Source: a plasmid
Length of the DNA: 64,000 bases
Sequence record: NZ_CP104760.1
Direction: 5' to 3' (one strand)
The notes beneath the pieces are model-generated. The model was not told where the DNA came from. It saw only the letters and a list, made by a program, of their open reading frames with translations, and searched no databases. The position numbers and the translations under genes are program-made. The number at the start of each line of letters is the position of its first letter. Within the stretch, counting starts at the first letter, position 1. Below, piece after piece: positions 28,868-38,241 of this stretch.

Positions 28868-30067
28868 ATGGCTTTACGGGCTGAGGTAAAAAACAGGCGG
28901 CCGCACGTGGCGATCTTTAATTGCGCTGAACATGGCCATGTTAATCCCACGCTAGGTCTGGTCAACGCGCTGGTGGCGCGGGGATATCGGGTTAGCTATA
29001 CCACGTCGGCTGAATTTGCACCTTTAATAACGGCCTGCGGCGCGGAGCCGGTAATTTATCAGCCCGCATTTAGCAAAGAGACACCTCGCCCGGAAGAGAT
29101 GGGACACGTGGTGGTTGAGCTGGCAAAAGAGGCGACGCTGACCTGGGACGGGCTATTTCACGCCTTTGTCGACGATCGCCCGGATATTATCGCTTATGGC
29201 CCGTTAAGCTGGCTGGGGAAAATATTTTCCGCTCTGTGGAATATTCCTTCCGTCGCGCTTAATCCCACCCATGCCAGCTATCAGGGACAGTCGGAAGAGT
29301 GGCTGGGAATAGCGGGCAATGCCTGGCCCTGCTTACCGCTGCTCAACGCCCTGCTGAGGTCTAAAGGCGTGGCGCTCGATCTCTCCGCGCTGTTATCCCG
29401 CCACGACAATGCTATTGCCTTTATTCCGCGCTGCTTTCAGGAAAAAGTGGAGACGGTCGATCCCCGCGTTATTTTCGTCGGGCCTGAAATCGTCGCCAGA
29501 CCTGCTGAGCATAAATGGTGCCCTGCGTCACAAGCGCGCCCCGTTGTGGTCGTTTCGCTGGGTTCGGTCTACACCAACCAGCGCGATTTTTTCCGCACCT
29601 GCATCGCGGCGTTCGCCGACAGCGAATTCCACCTGGTGTTATCTATTGGCCGCTACGTCACGCCGGACGAGCTGGGGCCAGTCGCAGCCAATATTGAGGT
29701 ACATGCGCAGATCCCTCAGCTTGAGGTGCTGCAGTCAGCCAGTTTGTTTATCACGCATGCCGGTATGAACAGCCTGATGGAGGCGGCGCATTTCGGCGTG
29801 CCGGTTATCGCCGTTCCCCAGCAGGCGGAGCAGCGGCTCAATGCCAGACGCGTCCAGCAGCTTGGTCTCGGCGTCCATCTGCCGCGGGAGCAGGTCGATG
29901 CGGACGGGTTGCTCTCCGCCGCGCGTGCGCTTCACGCCAGCGAGATCTGTCGGACACAGATTGCGCGCTTTCAGCAGCAGCTAAAAGCGGCTGGCGGCGC
30001 CAGCGCAGCAGCCGATCTCTTCGATCGACTCTTTGCCAGCCTGCAGCGCCGGGCTCAGGCGATATAA
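28868..30067 (+). CDS. GT1-family UDP-glycosyltransferase (macrolide/zeaxanthin glycosyltransferase MGT type).
   Basis: N-terminal HVAIFNCAEHGHVNPTLGLVNALVARGY and C-terminal HAGMNSLMEAAHFGVPVIAVPQQAEQ (PSPG-like donor-binding motif). Confidence 0.75.
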   Translation: MALRAEVKNRRPHVAIFNCAEHGHVNPTLGLVNALVARGYRVSYTTSAEFAPLITACGAEPVIYQPAFSKETPRPEEMGHVVVELAKEATLTWDGLFHAFVDDRPDIIAYGPLSWLGKIFSALWNIPSVALNPTHASYQGQSEEWLGIAGNAWPCLPLLNALLRSKGVALDLSALLSRHDNAIAFIPRCFQEKVETVDPRVIFVGPEIVARPAEHKWCPASQARPVVVVSLGSVYTNQRDFFRTCIAAFADSEFHLVLSIGRYVTPDELGPVAANIEVHAQIPQLEVLQSASLFITHAGMNSLMEAAHFGVPVIAVPQQAEQRLNARRVQQLGLGVHLPREQVDADGLLSAARALHASEICRTQIARFQQQLKAAGGASAAADLFDRLFASLQRRAQAI

Positions 30068-30088
30068 CAGACGAGAAATAACAAAAAA

Positions 30089-30115
30089 CGCGCAGCACGT
30101 TAACCGTGCTGCGCG
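30089..30115. terminator. Bidirectional terminator between the convergent glycosyltransferase and SDR genes.
   Basis: 11-bp stem cgcgcagcacg/cgtgctgcgcg with loop ttaac, preceded by aaaaaa. Confidence 0.55.
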
Positions 30116-30130
30116 CGGAAGGCGGGCGTT

Positions 30131-30967
30131 CTACACTTCGAGGCTGTTGACGCGCAGCATAAAGAGGTCGCGATCTCTGATCTCTCTTTTTCTTTCCAGC
30201 AGCAGGTCGAGATTATCCCTGACCGTAAGATAGAGGCCGCTCAGGCTTTTATATTTACCGCTGCACAGCTTCTCAATATTGATCATGCTCTGCTTCTCAT
30301 CCACGGTATTTCCGGCGTCCTGCTCGTCATAAACCCACTGCAACGCTTTGCCCCTGGCGCTGTTGCGATCGGTGACGGTGGAGATCAAACTGGTGACCAT
30401 GCCCGTAGAGTGAACCAGACCGGGGTGATAGGCGTAGACAGAGATATTTTCGCGCTTCATCTCGACGGCCAGGTTTTCGGTTAATTTAATCACCGCCGCT
30501 TTCGTGACTGAATAAGAGGTGCAGTAGGGCCAGCGGTAGGCGCCTGCATTGCTGACGATATTAATGATAATGCCGCGTTTGCGCATCCGCATCGGTTTAA
30601 GCGCTTCGTGGGTGCAATAAGAGAGACCAAGCAGGTTAATATTAATCGCTTCATACCAGTCATCCAGCGCGATATCGGCGAATTTATCTACCGGTCCCCA
30701 GACGCCGGCATTATTTATCACCACATCGATATGGCCAAACATGGCGACGATATCTGCAAAGCATTGTGACACGGCGGCCCGATCGCTGACGTCACAGGTG
30801 ATACAGTGAAAAAGGCCCGGATATTCCGCCTCCAGCTGCGCCAGACGGGCAGTATCCCTTCCGGTAATAATAACGGTGTGCTGACGGGCAAGCGCTTTCG
30901 CGTAGGAAAAACCCAGCCCTTTTGAACCACCGGTAATTAAAATTACTTTTTTATCTGCGTCTGTCAT
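30131..30967 (-). CDS. SDR-family oxidoreductase.
   Basis: VILITGGSKGLGFSYAKAL (Gly-rich NAD(P) motif) and YCTSYSVTK (YxxxK). Confidence 0.8.
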   Translation of the reverse strand: MTDADKKVILITGGSKGLGFSYAKALARQHTVIITGRDTARLAQLEAEYPGLFHCITCDVSDRAAVSQCFADIVAMFGHIDVVINNAGVWGPVDKFADIALDDWYEAININLLGLSYCTHEALKPMRMRKRGIIINIVSNAGAYRWPYCTSYSVTKAAVIKLTENLAVEMKRENISVYAYHPGLVHSTGMVTSLISTVTDRNSARGKALQWVYDEQDAGNTVDEKQSMINIEKLCSGKYKSLSGLYLTVRDNLDLLLERKREIRDRDLFMLRVNSLEV

Positions 30968-31392
30968 TGCCCTAATTCCTGTATTAAAAAAATCGCGGCT
31001 ATTGAGTTGCGAATATCATCTCTGGGCAGGATTATTGGCACGCCAGTGTGAATGATAAATGACAATCCGTTGCTAATTTGATTTAAGGCAGCGGCACGCT
31101 GACAGAAAGTCTTATCGGTTAAAATAACGCAAAGAAACTACTTTTCAGATCGCTTTTATTTTGATTAATGCAGAAAGTAATAATTTTTTCTCTGCCGTGA
31201 AATAGCCGCTACATCCGTGATGGTGCGTTATAAAACAGAAGATTTTAAGGCCAGTCATTACTAAGAACATTCTTAAATATCCCTGATGTCGGGCGCTGTA
31301 TTAAAAGATTCATAAAGCGCTTTTACTATGCCAGCAATAAATAAAAAGGCCCACCCTATATTCATGCCTCGCGCAATGAAGCCTGTTGCCGC

Positions 31393-33864
31393 ATGAAACA
31401 GAGGAATGTCATGGATCGCGTTGTAATAGCCCACACGCCGCTTGGTAGCGAACTCCTGTTTAAAAAGATGACGGGTCGGGAGCAATTCTCAGACTGTTAT
31501 CAGTTTGACGTCGATATGCTGAGCACCAGCAACGAAATAAACCTGCAGGATCTGCTGGGCGAGCAGATAACGCTTGAGCTGCGCCCTAATCCGGAAACAC
31601 AGCGTTTCCTCAGCGGCATGATTACCCGCATGGCGTTTGTCGGACATGAAAAGCACCGCGAAGAGTATTATATCTACCGCGCAACGATGCGCCCCCACTT
31701 GTGGAACCTGACCCAGACGCAGGGTTTTCGCATCTGGCAGCAAAAGACCGCCAGAGAGATCCTGACCGACGTTTTCCAGGATTATGCCATTCCCATTGAT
31801 GACCAGCTGGAGGGAAACTTCCGCATCTGGGAATACTGCGTGCAGTATCAGGAAAGCATGTATGACTTCGTAAAGCGTCTGATGGAGCACGAAGGCATCT
31901 ACTTCTACTTTCGTCATGCGATGGGCCAGGAGACGCTGGTGCTCTGCAACAGCAGGAAATCTCACCAGCCGTTCGGATGCTATGAGACCATCGAGTTTCA
32001 TCAAACCGGCGCGGGTGGTTACGTAAATCAGGAGGCGATCAACAGCTGGCAGGCGTCAGCGTCGGTGTCGGCCAGCCTCTACAGCCATGATGATTATAAC
32101 TATCTGCAATCGAACGCCGACCTCTCCGCCACGATGCAGATCGCCGACGCCCGCTCGCCGGCGAATACCAAAATCACCGAGTGGCCGGGACGCTATCCCC
32201 ATCAGTCAGAGGGAAACGACTATTCACAGATCCGCCAGCAGGAATATGGCGCGCGACAGCAGCAAATTGAAGGCGCGGGCGATGCGTTCGGCCTGGCGCC
32301 AGGCTACACCTTTACGCTCTGTATGGCGCCGCGCGCCGCAGATGAAGGAAAAACCTTTCTGATTACCCGGGTCGATTACCACCTGGAAGAGAACAGCTAC
32401 GCCAGTAACGATCAAGACCACAATATCCATCGCTTCGACTTCTGCGTTATTCCAGCGACGGTGGTCTGGCGTCCGGCGCGCGTCACGCCCTGGCCGCGCA
32501 CCACCGGCCCGCAAACGGCGGTGGTCATCAAAGCCAGCGACGCCAGCAAAGGCGACGGCGACCATATCTCCACCGATCAGTATGGTCGCGTGCGGGTTAA
32601 ATTCCGCTGGTTCAGAGCGGAAGATGAAACCCGGCTTCACTCCTGCTGGCTGCGCGTCTCAAGCGGCTGGGCCGGGAGCCAGTATGGCACGTATCAGATC
32701 CCGCGCGTCGGCGAAGAGGTGGTGGTCGATTTTATTAACGGCGACCCCCACACGCCGGTGGTGACTGGGCGAGTCTATAACGATTTGCAGACCCTGCCGA
32801 TTTCTGAACACCTGGTGACGGAAGCCAGCACCAGCGATATTGCCAGCGGTGACAGCGTAACGGCGGAGAGCGCCGCCGAGTGGAATTACGCTAAAAGTGG
32901 CATCTGGACGCGTACGCTCGGCAGCCAGGATGTTAACGACGGCAATTTCCTCACCTTTGACGACACCGAAGGCGAACAGTCGGTCGATCTGCACGCCGCG
33001 AAGAAGCTGAATATCTCCGCCAAGGACGCGGTCAAAATCTACTCCGCCAGGGCGGGCGACGACGCGATAAAAGTCTGGTCGCCCGGCCAGGTTTACATTC
33101 AGAGCGAAGATACCTTAAACACCAGCGCGCCGACGCAGAAACACAGCATTCGCGGCAGCTACTACACCATCAGCGGCGCCAACTTCACCACTAACGGCAT
33201 CGCCTTAACCATTAATGGCGTCAACGGCACCATCAATGCCGTCAGCAGCCTGCAGGCGACGACGACGGAATTCACTGCCAAAGGCTTATCCATGGAAGTC
33301 ACCGGCGTGAAGCACGCCAAAACCTATTCTGAAATAAAAAAGAACGTCAATGAGATCAAAGAGGTCAACCGGCAACTGGTCTTCGCCTCTTTGATCTCGA
33401 TTATGAATGGCGGCGGCGGCGCGTTGCCGAATGAGAATGAGCGGACGGTGACCAGCCAGCTGGACAAGCTGAAAGCGAAAGTGAAATGGAAAGGGAAAAG
33501 CAACGAAAGCGCCGCCGGTTCGCGACCGCCTTCGCAGGCGAGTAACGCCTCGCAGGGGAGTAACGCTTCGCAGGCGAGCAATGCTTCGCAGGCAAGTAAC
33601 GCCTCACAGGCAAGCAACGCTTCGCAGGCAAGTAACGCCTCCCAGGCGAGCAATGCTTCGCAGGCAAGCAATGCCTCGCAGGCAAGTAATGCTTCCCAGG
33701 CGAGTAACGCTTCTCAGGCGAGCAATGCCTCGCAGGCAAGTAACGCCTCACAGGCGAGCAATGCTTCGCAGGCAAGCAATGCCTCGCAGGCAAGCAACGC
33801 TTCGCAGGAGAGCTTCCAGACGGCGCGCACCAGTCAATCGACACCCGGTGGAGAAGGCGCTTAG
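31393..33864 (+). CDS. vgrG: T6SS spike protein VgrG with a C-terminal (SNASQA)n repeat tail and no recognisable toxin domain.
   Basis: gp27/gp5-like N-terminal region (RATMRPHLWNLTQTQGFRIWQ...). The C-terminal 15 hexapeptide repeats end in ...SQSTPGGEGA. Confidence 0.9.
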   Translation: MKQRNVMDRVVIAHTPLGSELLFKKMTGREQFSDCYQFDVDMLSTSNEINLQDLLGEQITLELRPNPETQRFLSGMITRMAFVGHEKHREEYYIYRATMRPHLWNLTQTQGFRIWQQKTAREILTDVFQDYAIPIDDQLEGNFRIWEYCVQYQESMYDFVKRLMEHEGIYFYFRHAMGQETLVLCNSRKSHQPFGCYETIEFHQTGAGGYVNQEAINSWQASASVSASLYSHDDYNYLQSNADLSATMQIADARSPANTKITEWPGRYPHQSEGNDYSQIRQQEYGARQQQIEGAGDAFGLAPGYTFTLCMAPRAADEGKTFLITRVDYHLEENSYASNDQDHNIHRFDFCVIPATVVWRPARVTPWPRTTGPQTAVVIKASDASKGDGDHISTDQYGRVRVKFRWFRAEDETRLHSCWLRVSSGWAGSQYGTYQIPRVGEEVVVDFINGDPHTPVVTGRVYNDLQTLPISEHLVTEASTSDIASGDSVTAESAAEWNYAKSGIWTRTLGSQDVNDGNFLTFDDTEGEQSVDLHAAKKLNISAKDAVKIYSARAGDDAIKVWSPGQVYIQSEDTLNTSAPTQKHSIRGSYYTISGANFTTNGIALTINGVNGTINAVSSLQATTTEFTAKGLSMEVTGVKHAKTYSEIKKNVNEIKEVNRQLVFASLISIMNGGGGALPNENERTVTSQLDKLKAKVKWKGKSNESAAGSRPPSQASNASQGSNASQASNASQASNASQASNASQASNASQASNASQASNASQASNASQASNASQASNASQASNASQASNASQASNASQASNASQESFQTARTSQSTPGGEGA
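33538..33807 (+). repeat. 15 tandem copies of an 18-bp unit (consensus gcRagYaaYgcYtcNcag) encoding (ASNASQ)15 inside the 3' end of vgrG. Copies differ almost only at synonymous positions.
   Basis: Counted directly from the sequence. It generates artefactual antisense ORFs (LACEALLACE...). Confidence 0.9.
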
Positions 33865-33872
33865 CCGCTGTT

Positions 33873-36353
33873 ATGAAAATCATTAAACCACGCCACCTGG
33901 GCTTGTTACCGCGCCCCTTCCGTTGGCAGCGCCAGCACTATCTCGGCGTCGCCGTTATGGCGATGATAAATATGGATGCGCTGCCGCGCCTGCTGACCGA
34001 GCAGGCGCTATGGAATCTGCTGCCAGAGGCGCTGCAGTCGCCCGATGGCGTGCTCGATCACGGCCTGCCTAAACCGCACCCGGAGTTTCTCGCCAGCGGC
34101 TTTGCCTTTCCGCCCGGCGGCGCGGCATCGCACTGTATCGCCCGCATCCAGGTAGCCGATCGGGAAAAAACGCTGCACGTTTACGGCGATCGCCAGCGGC
34201 GGGAGGATGGCCTCAGCGCACCGCAGCCTTTTACGCAGATGCCGCTCGACTGGCAACATGCGTTGGGCGACGCAGGCGACAGCGAAAATCCGCTGGGCAA
34301 GGCGATACCCAACGTCGAGGCGGCCGCGCCGCTGCTGATCCAGCCCGGCGCGGGCGCGCTTCCTGCCAGCTTTAACGCGGTGCCGTTAAGCGCGCCGCGT
34401 CGCCTGCGCCACGTTGGCAGCGCCTTTGACGAGGCCTGGCTGGCGCATGACTATCCTGGCTTCGCCCGCGATGCCGACCGACGCCTGTTTAACCAGGGCG
34501 ATGCGGATCAGCGCTGGGACGATCGCGACGCCCTGCCCGCTGGCGCCGCCTGGCGCATTGAAAACATGCATCCAGATAAATCGCTGCTTGAGGGATGCCT
34601 GCCGCCGTGGCAGGCACGCTGTTTCGTGGTGCGTCAGCATACCCACGGCGAGATGTTTGAAGCGATCCCGCTGCGCGCCACGACGCTGCACTTTTTCCCT
34701 CATCTGGAGCGCATTGTGATGATCTGGCATGGCGAGCTGGCGATCCGTGAAGATGACGCTGCAGACGTGCTCACCACGGTCGCAGCGCTCGAGTCGATCC
34801 ACCAGCCGCGCACGCCCGAAGCCTATGAAGAGATCACGCGGCAACGCAGCGACCCCGAACGCTCGGTGCTGCTTGCGTTACGCGACGGCGAGTTGCTGCC
34901 CCCAGGCAGCGCCATTACGGATGACGAGCCTGAACCGCCTCCCGGCCCGACAGATCGCAACCTTGCGCGCTGGGAAACGGCGCAGCGCCAGCAGCTGCGG
35001 CATGCGCACAGCGACAGCGGGATGGATATAGATGCGCTGGCGCCCACCCGACCGCGCGCTCCGACGGTGCCGCTGGAGGATCTGCATGATTATATCGACG
35101 CGCAGGATCGCGCCGCGCAGCAGCAGCTGGCGCAGATGATAACGCGCTATCAGCAGGAAGCGGCGCTGGCTCCGCCCGCCGCCAGACCGGCCGCCGCGAT
35201 AGAGACCTATCGCAGCCAGCGCGCCGCGTTTGACGAGAACGCGCAGCAGCAGCCGATGGATGACCGTCAGCGTACGTTCAGCTCTCAGGCGCTGCGTGAC
35301 AGCTACCGCTTTAATGCTCATCAGCTGAGCGCGCCCGAGCGCCTGACGCCCGCGCAGTCGGCGCAGTTGCGTCAGGCGGTGCTGACGCGCGATGGCGACT
35401 GCCGCGAGATGGATCTCACCGGCGCGGATCTGTCAGGGCTTGACCTGCGCGACACCGACTTCAGCGGCGCGCTGCTGGAGAATGTCGATTTCAGCCACTG
35501 CCAGCTCGACGGCAGCCTGTTCAGCAATGCCGTGCTGACGCGCGCAGAACTGCATCGCTGCTCAGCCCGCGCCTGCGCCTTCGATAATGCCAGCCTGGCT
35601 CTGGCCCAGTGCTGTTACGCCGACTTTAGCGATTCAGTCTTCAGCGAGACGGAGTGCCGGGATCTGATGCTGGAACAGTGCGTTTTCGATCGCGCCACCC
35701 TCAGTGACGTAATGCTGACACAGGCGAGCCTGGCGCACTGCCGCTTTCATCATGCGCAGATCGTCAATGCCCATTTCAGCGAGCTGACGCTGCAGGCGCT
35801 CGACTTCAGTCACGCCACGCTGCGCAAAGTCTATTTCGTCGAGTGCCATCTGCTGGCGCTCAGTTTCGAACAGGCGCGCCTGACGGCGGTGGGCTTCGTC
35901 GACTGTCAGGCGCCAGAAATCTGTTTTCATCAGGCGCAGCTGCATACTTCGCTGTTTGTCACCGATACGGCCCTGATCCGCGCCGACTTCAGCGGCGCCA
36001 CGCTGACGCAGTGCAATCTGCGGGAGACGCGGCTGGCGCAGGCGAACTTTTCTCACGCCATGCTGATCAACAGCGACCTCAGCGGCGCGGACTGTACGCA
36101 GGCGGATATGCGGCGGATGCAGGCCAGGGAGTGCCAGTTTACCCGTGCGGATTTGACGCGGGCGACGCTGGCGGAGAGCGACCTGATCGGCGCCTCCTTC
36201 TCAAAATCTCAGCTGCAGGGATGTGATTTCAGCGGCTGCAACCTGTTCCGCGCCGACCTCTCGCTTAGCGTGCGCGATGCGACGACGCGCTTCGAAGAGG
36301 CCTGGCTTAACGGCATGAAAACCGCGCCGCAGCGCGACGAGGAGCATTCGTGA
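33873..36353 (+). CDS. DUF2169-type T6SS adaptor domain fused to a long C-terminal pentapeptide-repeat domain (826 aa).
   Basis: Immediately downstream of vgrG, as is typical for DUF2169. The C-terminal half is A(D/N)LxG/F pentapeptide repeats (ADLSGLDLRDTDFSGALLENVDFSHCQL...). Confidence 0.7.
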   Translation: MKIIKPRHLGLLPRPFRWQRQHYLGVAVMAMINMDALPRLLTEQALWNLLPEALQSPDGVLDHGLPKPHPEFLASGFAFPPGGAASHCIARIQVADREKTLHVYGDRQRREDGLSAPQPFTQMPLDWQHALGDAGDSENPLGKAIPNVEAAAPLLIQPGAGALPASFNAVPLSAPRRLRHVGSAFDEAWLAHDYPGFARDADRRLFNQGDADQRWDDRDALPAGAAWRIENMHPDKSLLEGCLPPWQARCFVVRQHTHGEMFEAIPLRATTLHFFPHLERIVMIWHGELAIREDDAADVLTTVAALESIHQPRTPEAYEEITRQRSDPERSVLLALRDGELLPPGSAITDDEPEPPPGPTDRNLARWETAQRQQLRHAHSDSGMDIDALAPTRPRAPTVPLEDLHDYIDAQDRAAQQQLAQMITRYQQEAALAPPAARPAAAIETYRSQRAAFDENAQQQPMDDRQRTFSSQALRDSYRFNAHQLSAPERLTPAQSAQLRQAVLTRDGDCREMDLTGADLSGLDLRDTDFSGALLENVDFSHCQLDGSLFSNAVLTRAELHRCSARACAFDNASLALAQCCYADFSDSVFSETECRDLMLEQCVFDRATLSDVMLTQASLAHCRFHHAQIVNAHFSELTLQALDFSHATLRKVYFVECHLLALSFEQARLTAVGFVDCQAPEICFHQAQLHTSLFVTDTALIRADFSGATLTQCNLRETRLAQANFSHAMLINSDLSGADCTQADMRRMQARECQFTRADLTRATLAESDLIGASFSKSQLQGCDFSGCNLFRADLSLSVRDATTRFEEAWLNGMKTAPQRDEEHS

Positions 36354-37408
36354 ACGGGATGACGGCTGAGGCGGTCGAGCGCGCCATCCAGCACGGCGAG
36401 ATGATCTATCAGGTCGGGCTGCAGGGCCTGGACTTCAGCGGACGCGATCTCTCCGGCGGCTCTTTTATCGAGGTCGACTTAACCGGCGCACGCCTGACAG
36501 ACTGCAATCTGCATGAGACGCGCTTCAGCGACTGCTGCCTGCGCGGCAGCGATTTTTCAGGCAACAGGCTAGAGGAGACGCTGTTCAACCAGTGCGTTAT
36601 GACCGGCGCGCGCTTCAGCGATTGCGGCCTCTACCAGTGTCTGTTCAGCCAGTGTCAGCTTGAAGAAAGTCAGTTCGACGCCAGCGCGCAGATCGGCACG
36701 CAGTTCCTGGGCGGCTCGCTTAGCGACAGCGATTTTCAGCACGCCGCGCTGCAAGGATGCGGCTTCAGCGATCTGGGACATTTAACGCTCCAGCTTGCCG
36801 GGTGCTGGTGCGAGCAGGGTTCCTTTATGAACGCCGACCTGCGTCAGGCGGACTTTAGCGCGGCGCGCTTCTCGCTCACGACCTTTTTCGCCTGCGACCT
36901 GCGGCTGCAAACGCTGGACGGCGTGGCGTTTAACCAGTGCCAGTTTACGCAAAGCCAGCTGGACGGCGCCAGCTTCCACCAGGCGATCCTGAGCCAGTGC
37001 GGTCTCAGCGGTCTGTCGCTACGCCAGGCCAGGCTGACGCAGGTGCAGGCGCAGCAAACGCTGTTTAACGCCGCCGATATGACCGGCTGTGACTGCCGCG
37101 ACGCGCAGTTTGCTCAGGCCAACTTTGCCGACGCGATTCTGACCGGCTGCGATTTCAGCCGCAGCGATCTACAGCGCGCCGTGCTGGCGCGCAGCCGTGC
37201 CGTTCAGACGCGCTTCGACGGCTGCGATATGACCTGGGCGGACTGCACCAGGGCGCAAATGGATGAGGCGCAGTTTAACGACGCGCAGTTCGGGCACACC
37301 CGCTTCCACCGCGCCAGCACGCACCAGAGCGAATTCACCTCGCGCAGCGGTATTATTGAACGGGATGAAGCGCTGTTTGCAGCAGAGGAGTGGAGCCGCC
37401 AGCGTTAA
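36350..37408 (+). CDS. Pentapeptide-repeat protein (352 aa).
   Basis: DFSGRDLSGGSFIEVDLTGARLTDCNLHETRFSDCCLRGSDFSG and similar repeats throughout. Start overlaps the upstream stop. Confidence 0.8.
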   Translation: MNGMTAEAVERAIQHGEMIYQVGLQGLDFSGRDLSGGSFIEVDLTGARLTDCNLHETRFSDCCLRGSDFSGNRLEETLFNQCVMTGARFSDCGLYQCLFSQCQLEESQFDASAQIGTQFLGGSLSDSDFQHAALQGCGFSDLGHLTLQLAGCWCEQGSFMNADLRQADFSAARFSLTTFFACDLRLQTLDGVAFNQCQFTQSQLDGASFHQAILSQCGLSGLSLRQARLTQVQAQQTLFNAADMTGCDCRDAQFAQANFADAILTGCDFSRSDLQRAVLARSRAVQTRFDGCDMTWADCTRAQMDEAQFNDAQFGHTRFHRASTHQSEFTSRSGIIERDEALFAAEEWSRQR

Positions 37409-38241
37409 ATTATTTCGCCGCGTGCGACGGCGATTATAAAAAATTTATTATGCCATATTTATTATTGACGATTGACGCTGCGGCCTTAAAGAGGCCGCTT
37501 TTGCTTTTGTGTGAATTAAATATTTATGACAGAAGGCTGAGAAGATCCGTTAGTCAGTGACGGAGATAATTAACCTGTGAAATGATATTCACTGTTTTCC
37601 TTTGCTGGCCTTATATTATTCGGACTAAATGGCTGTGTATTGCTGAAAATTAACGCCTGTTTCAAACGGGTGTCATAAAGGCTGCGCTAACCAGATATTT
37701 ACTATGCTGTTTCAGTATCGGATATCTTTCAATATATCATTGATTTTTATAGCTTTGATTTTATTTAATTCAGATTTAAATTTAATTATGACATTTACAT
37801 TAAGTTTATATGAATATTTTCCCGGGCTATTTATTAAGAGTATTCCCATCTTCACAGGTGCCAGCGAATAATGTAAATATGTTCCCCGGTTAGTGTATTT
37901 ATTGAGTAAATTATTTCGCATCATGAACGCTGCGTATGCGCCACGCCTCTATTTATTCTGGCGGAGCTGTTTGCGTCTTTTTACTGGCGGCAAAAAATCA
38001 AAATATATTACCTGAGGGTTATTGTTTCTTCTATGCGCCTCTTTTTAACGTGCAGTTTATTCGCCCCGACAGGCTTTGCAGCAGAAAGAATCGCCTTTAT
38101 TTGCCGTCAGTCTCTGAAAAAAGCGGCTAATCACGCTGTTATCGATGCGCGTGGAAATAACCGCGTCGGCGCAGGAAAAACCGTTACGCCGCGCCTCCCC
38201 TGTTTCGTGCCATTCCCTTTCGTCGATTGTGAGAGTTCGCT
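37409..38241. promoter_or_regulatory. AT-rich non-coding spacer of about 830 bp inside the vgrG-adaptor module. Candidate silenced or regulated promoter region for the DUF3540/DUF4150/tssJ-M genes.
   Basis: Strikingly AT-rich compared with flanking coding DNA (above 60% GC by eye). No credible ORF. Confidence 0.45.
37480..37511 (+). terminator. Rho-independent terminator downstream of the second pentapeptide-repeat gene.
   Basis: Stem gcggcc/ggccgc, loop ttaaaga, then ttttgcttttgtg. Confidence 0.6.

Noticed and set aside
31036-31051. Possible sigma-54 element TGGCACG-N4-TGTGA upstream of vgrG
   Set aside because: The -24 box is good but the -12 box matches only 3 of 5 positions, and no enhancer-binding protein (VasH-like) is encoded in the cluster. 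Insufficient.
33538-33807. Regular 18-bp repeats considered as a CRISPR-like array
   Set aside because: Units are contiguous with no spacers and maintain an open reading frame, encoding a hexapeptide repeat inside vgrG.
33324-33883. Two minus-strand ORFs (115 and 160 aa) with LACEALLACEALL / LPARHCLPAKHC repeats
   Set aside because: They are antisense read-through of the vgrG 18-bp tandem repeat. Their repetitive peptides are artefacts of the coding repeat on the plus strand.
37712-37924. 70-aa ORF inside the AT-rich spacer
   Set aside because: Low-complexity Asn/Lys/Ile-rich translation typical of AT-rich non-coding DNA. No SD. Lies within a probable promoter region.
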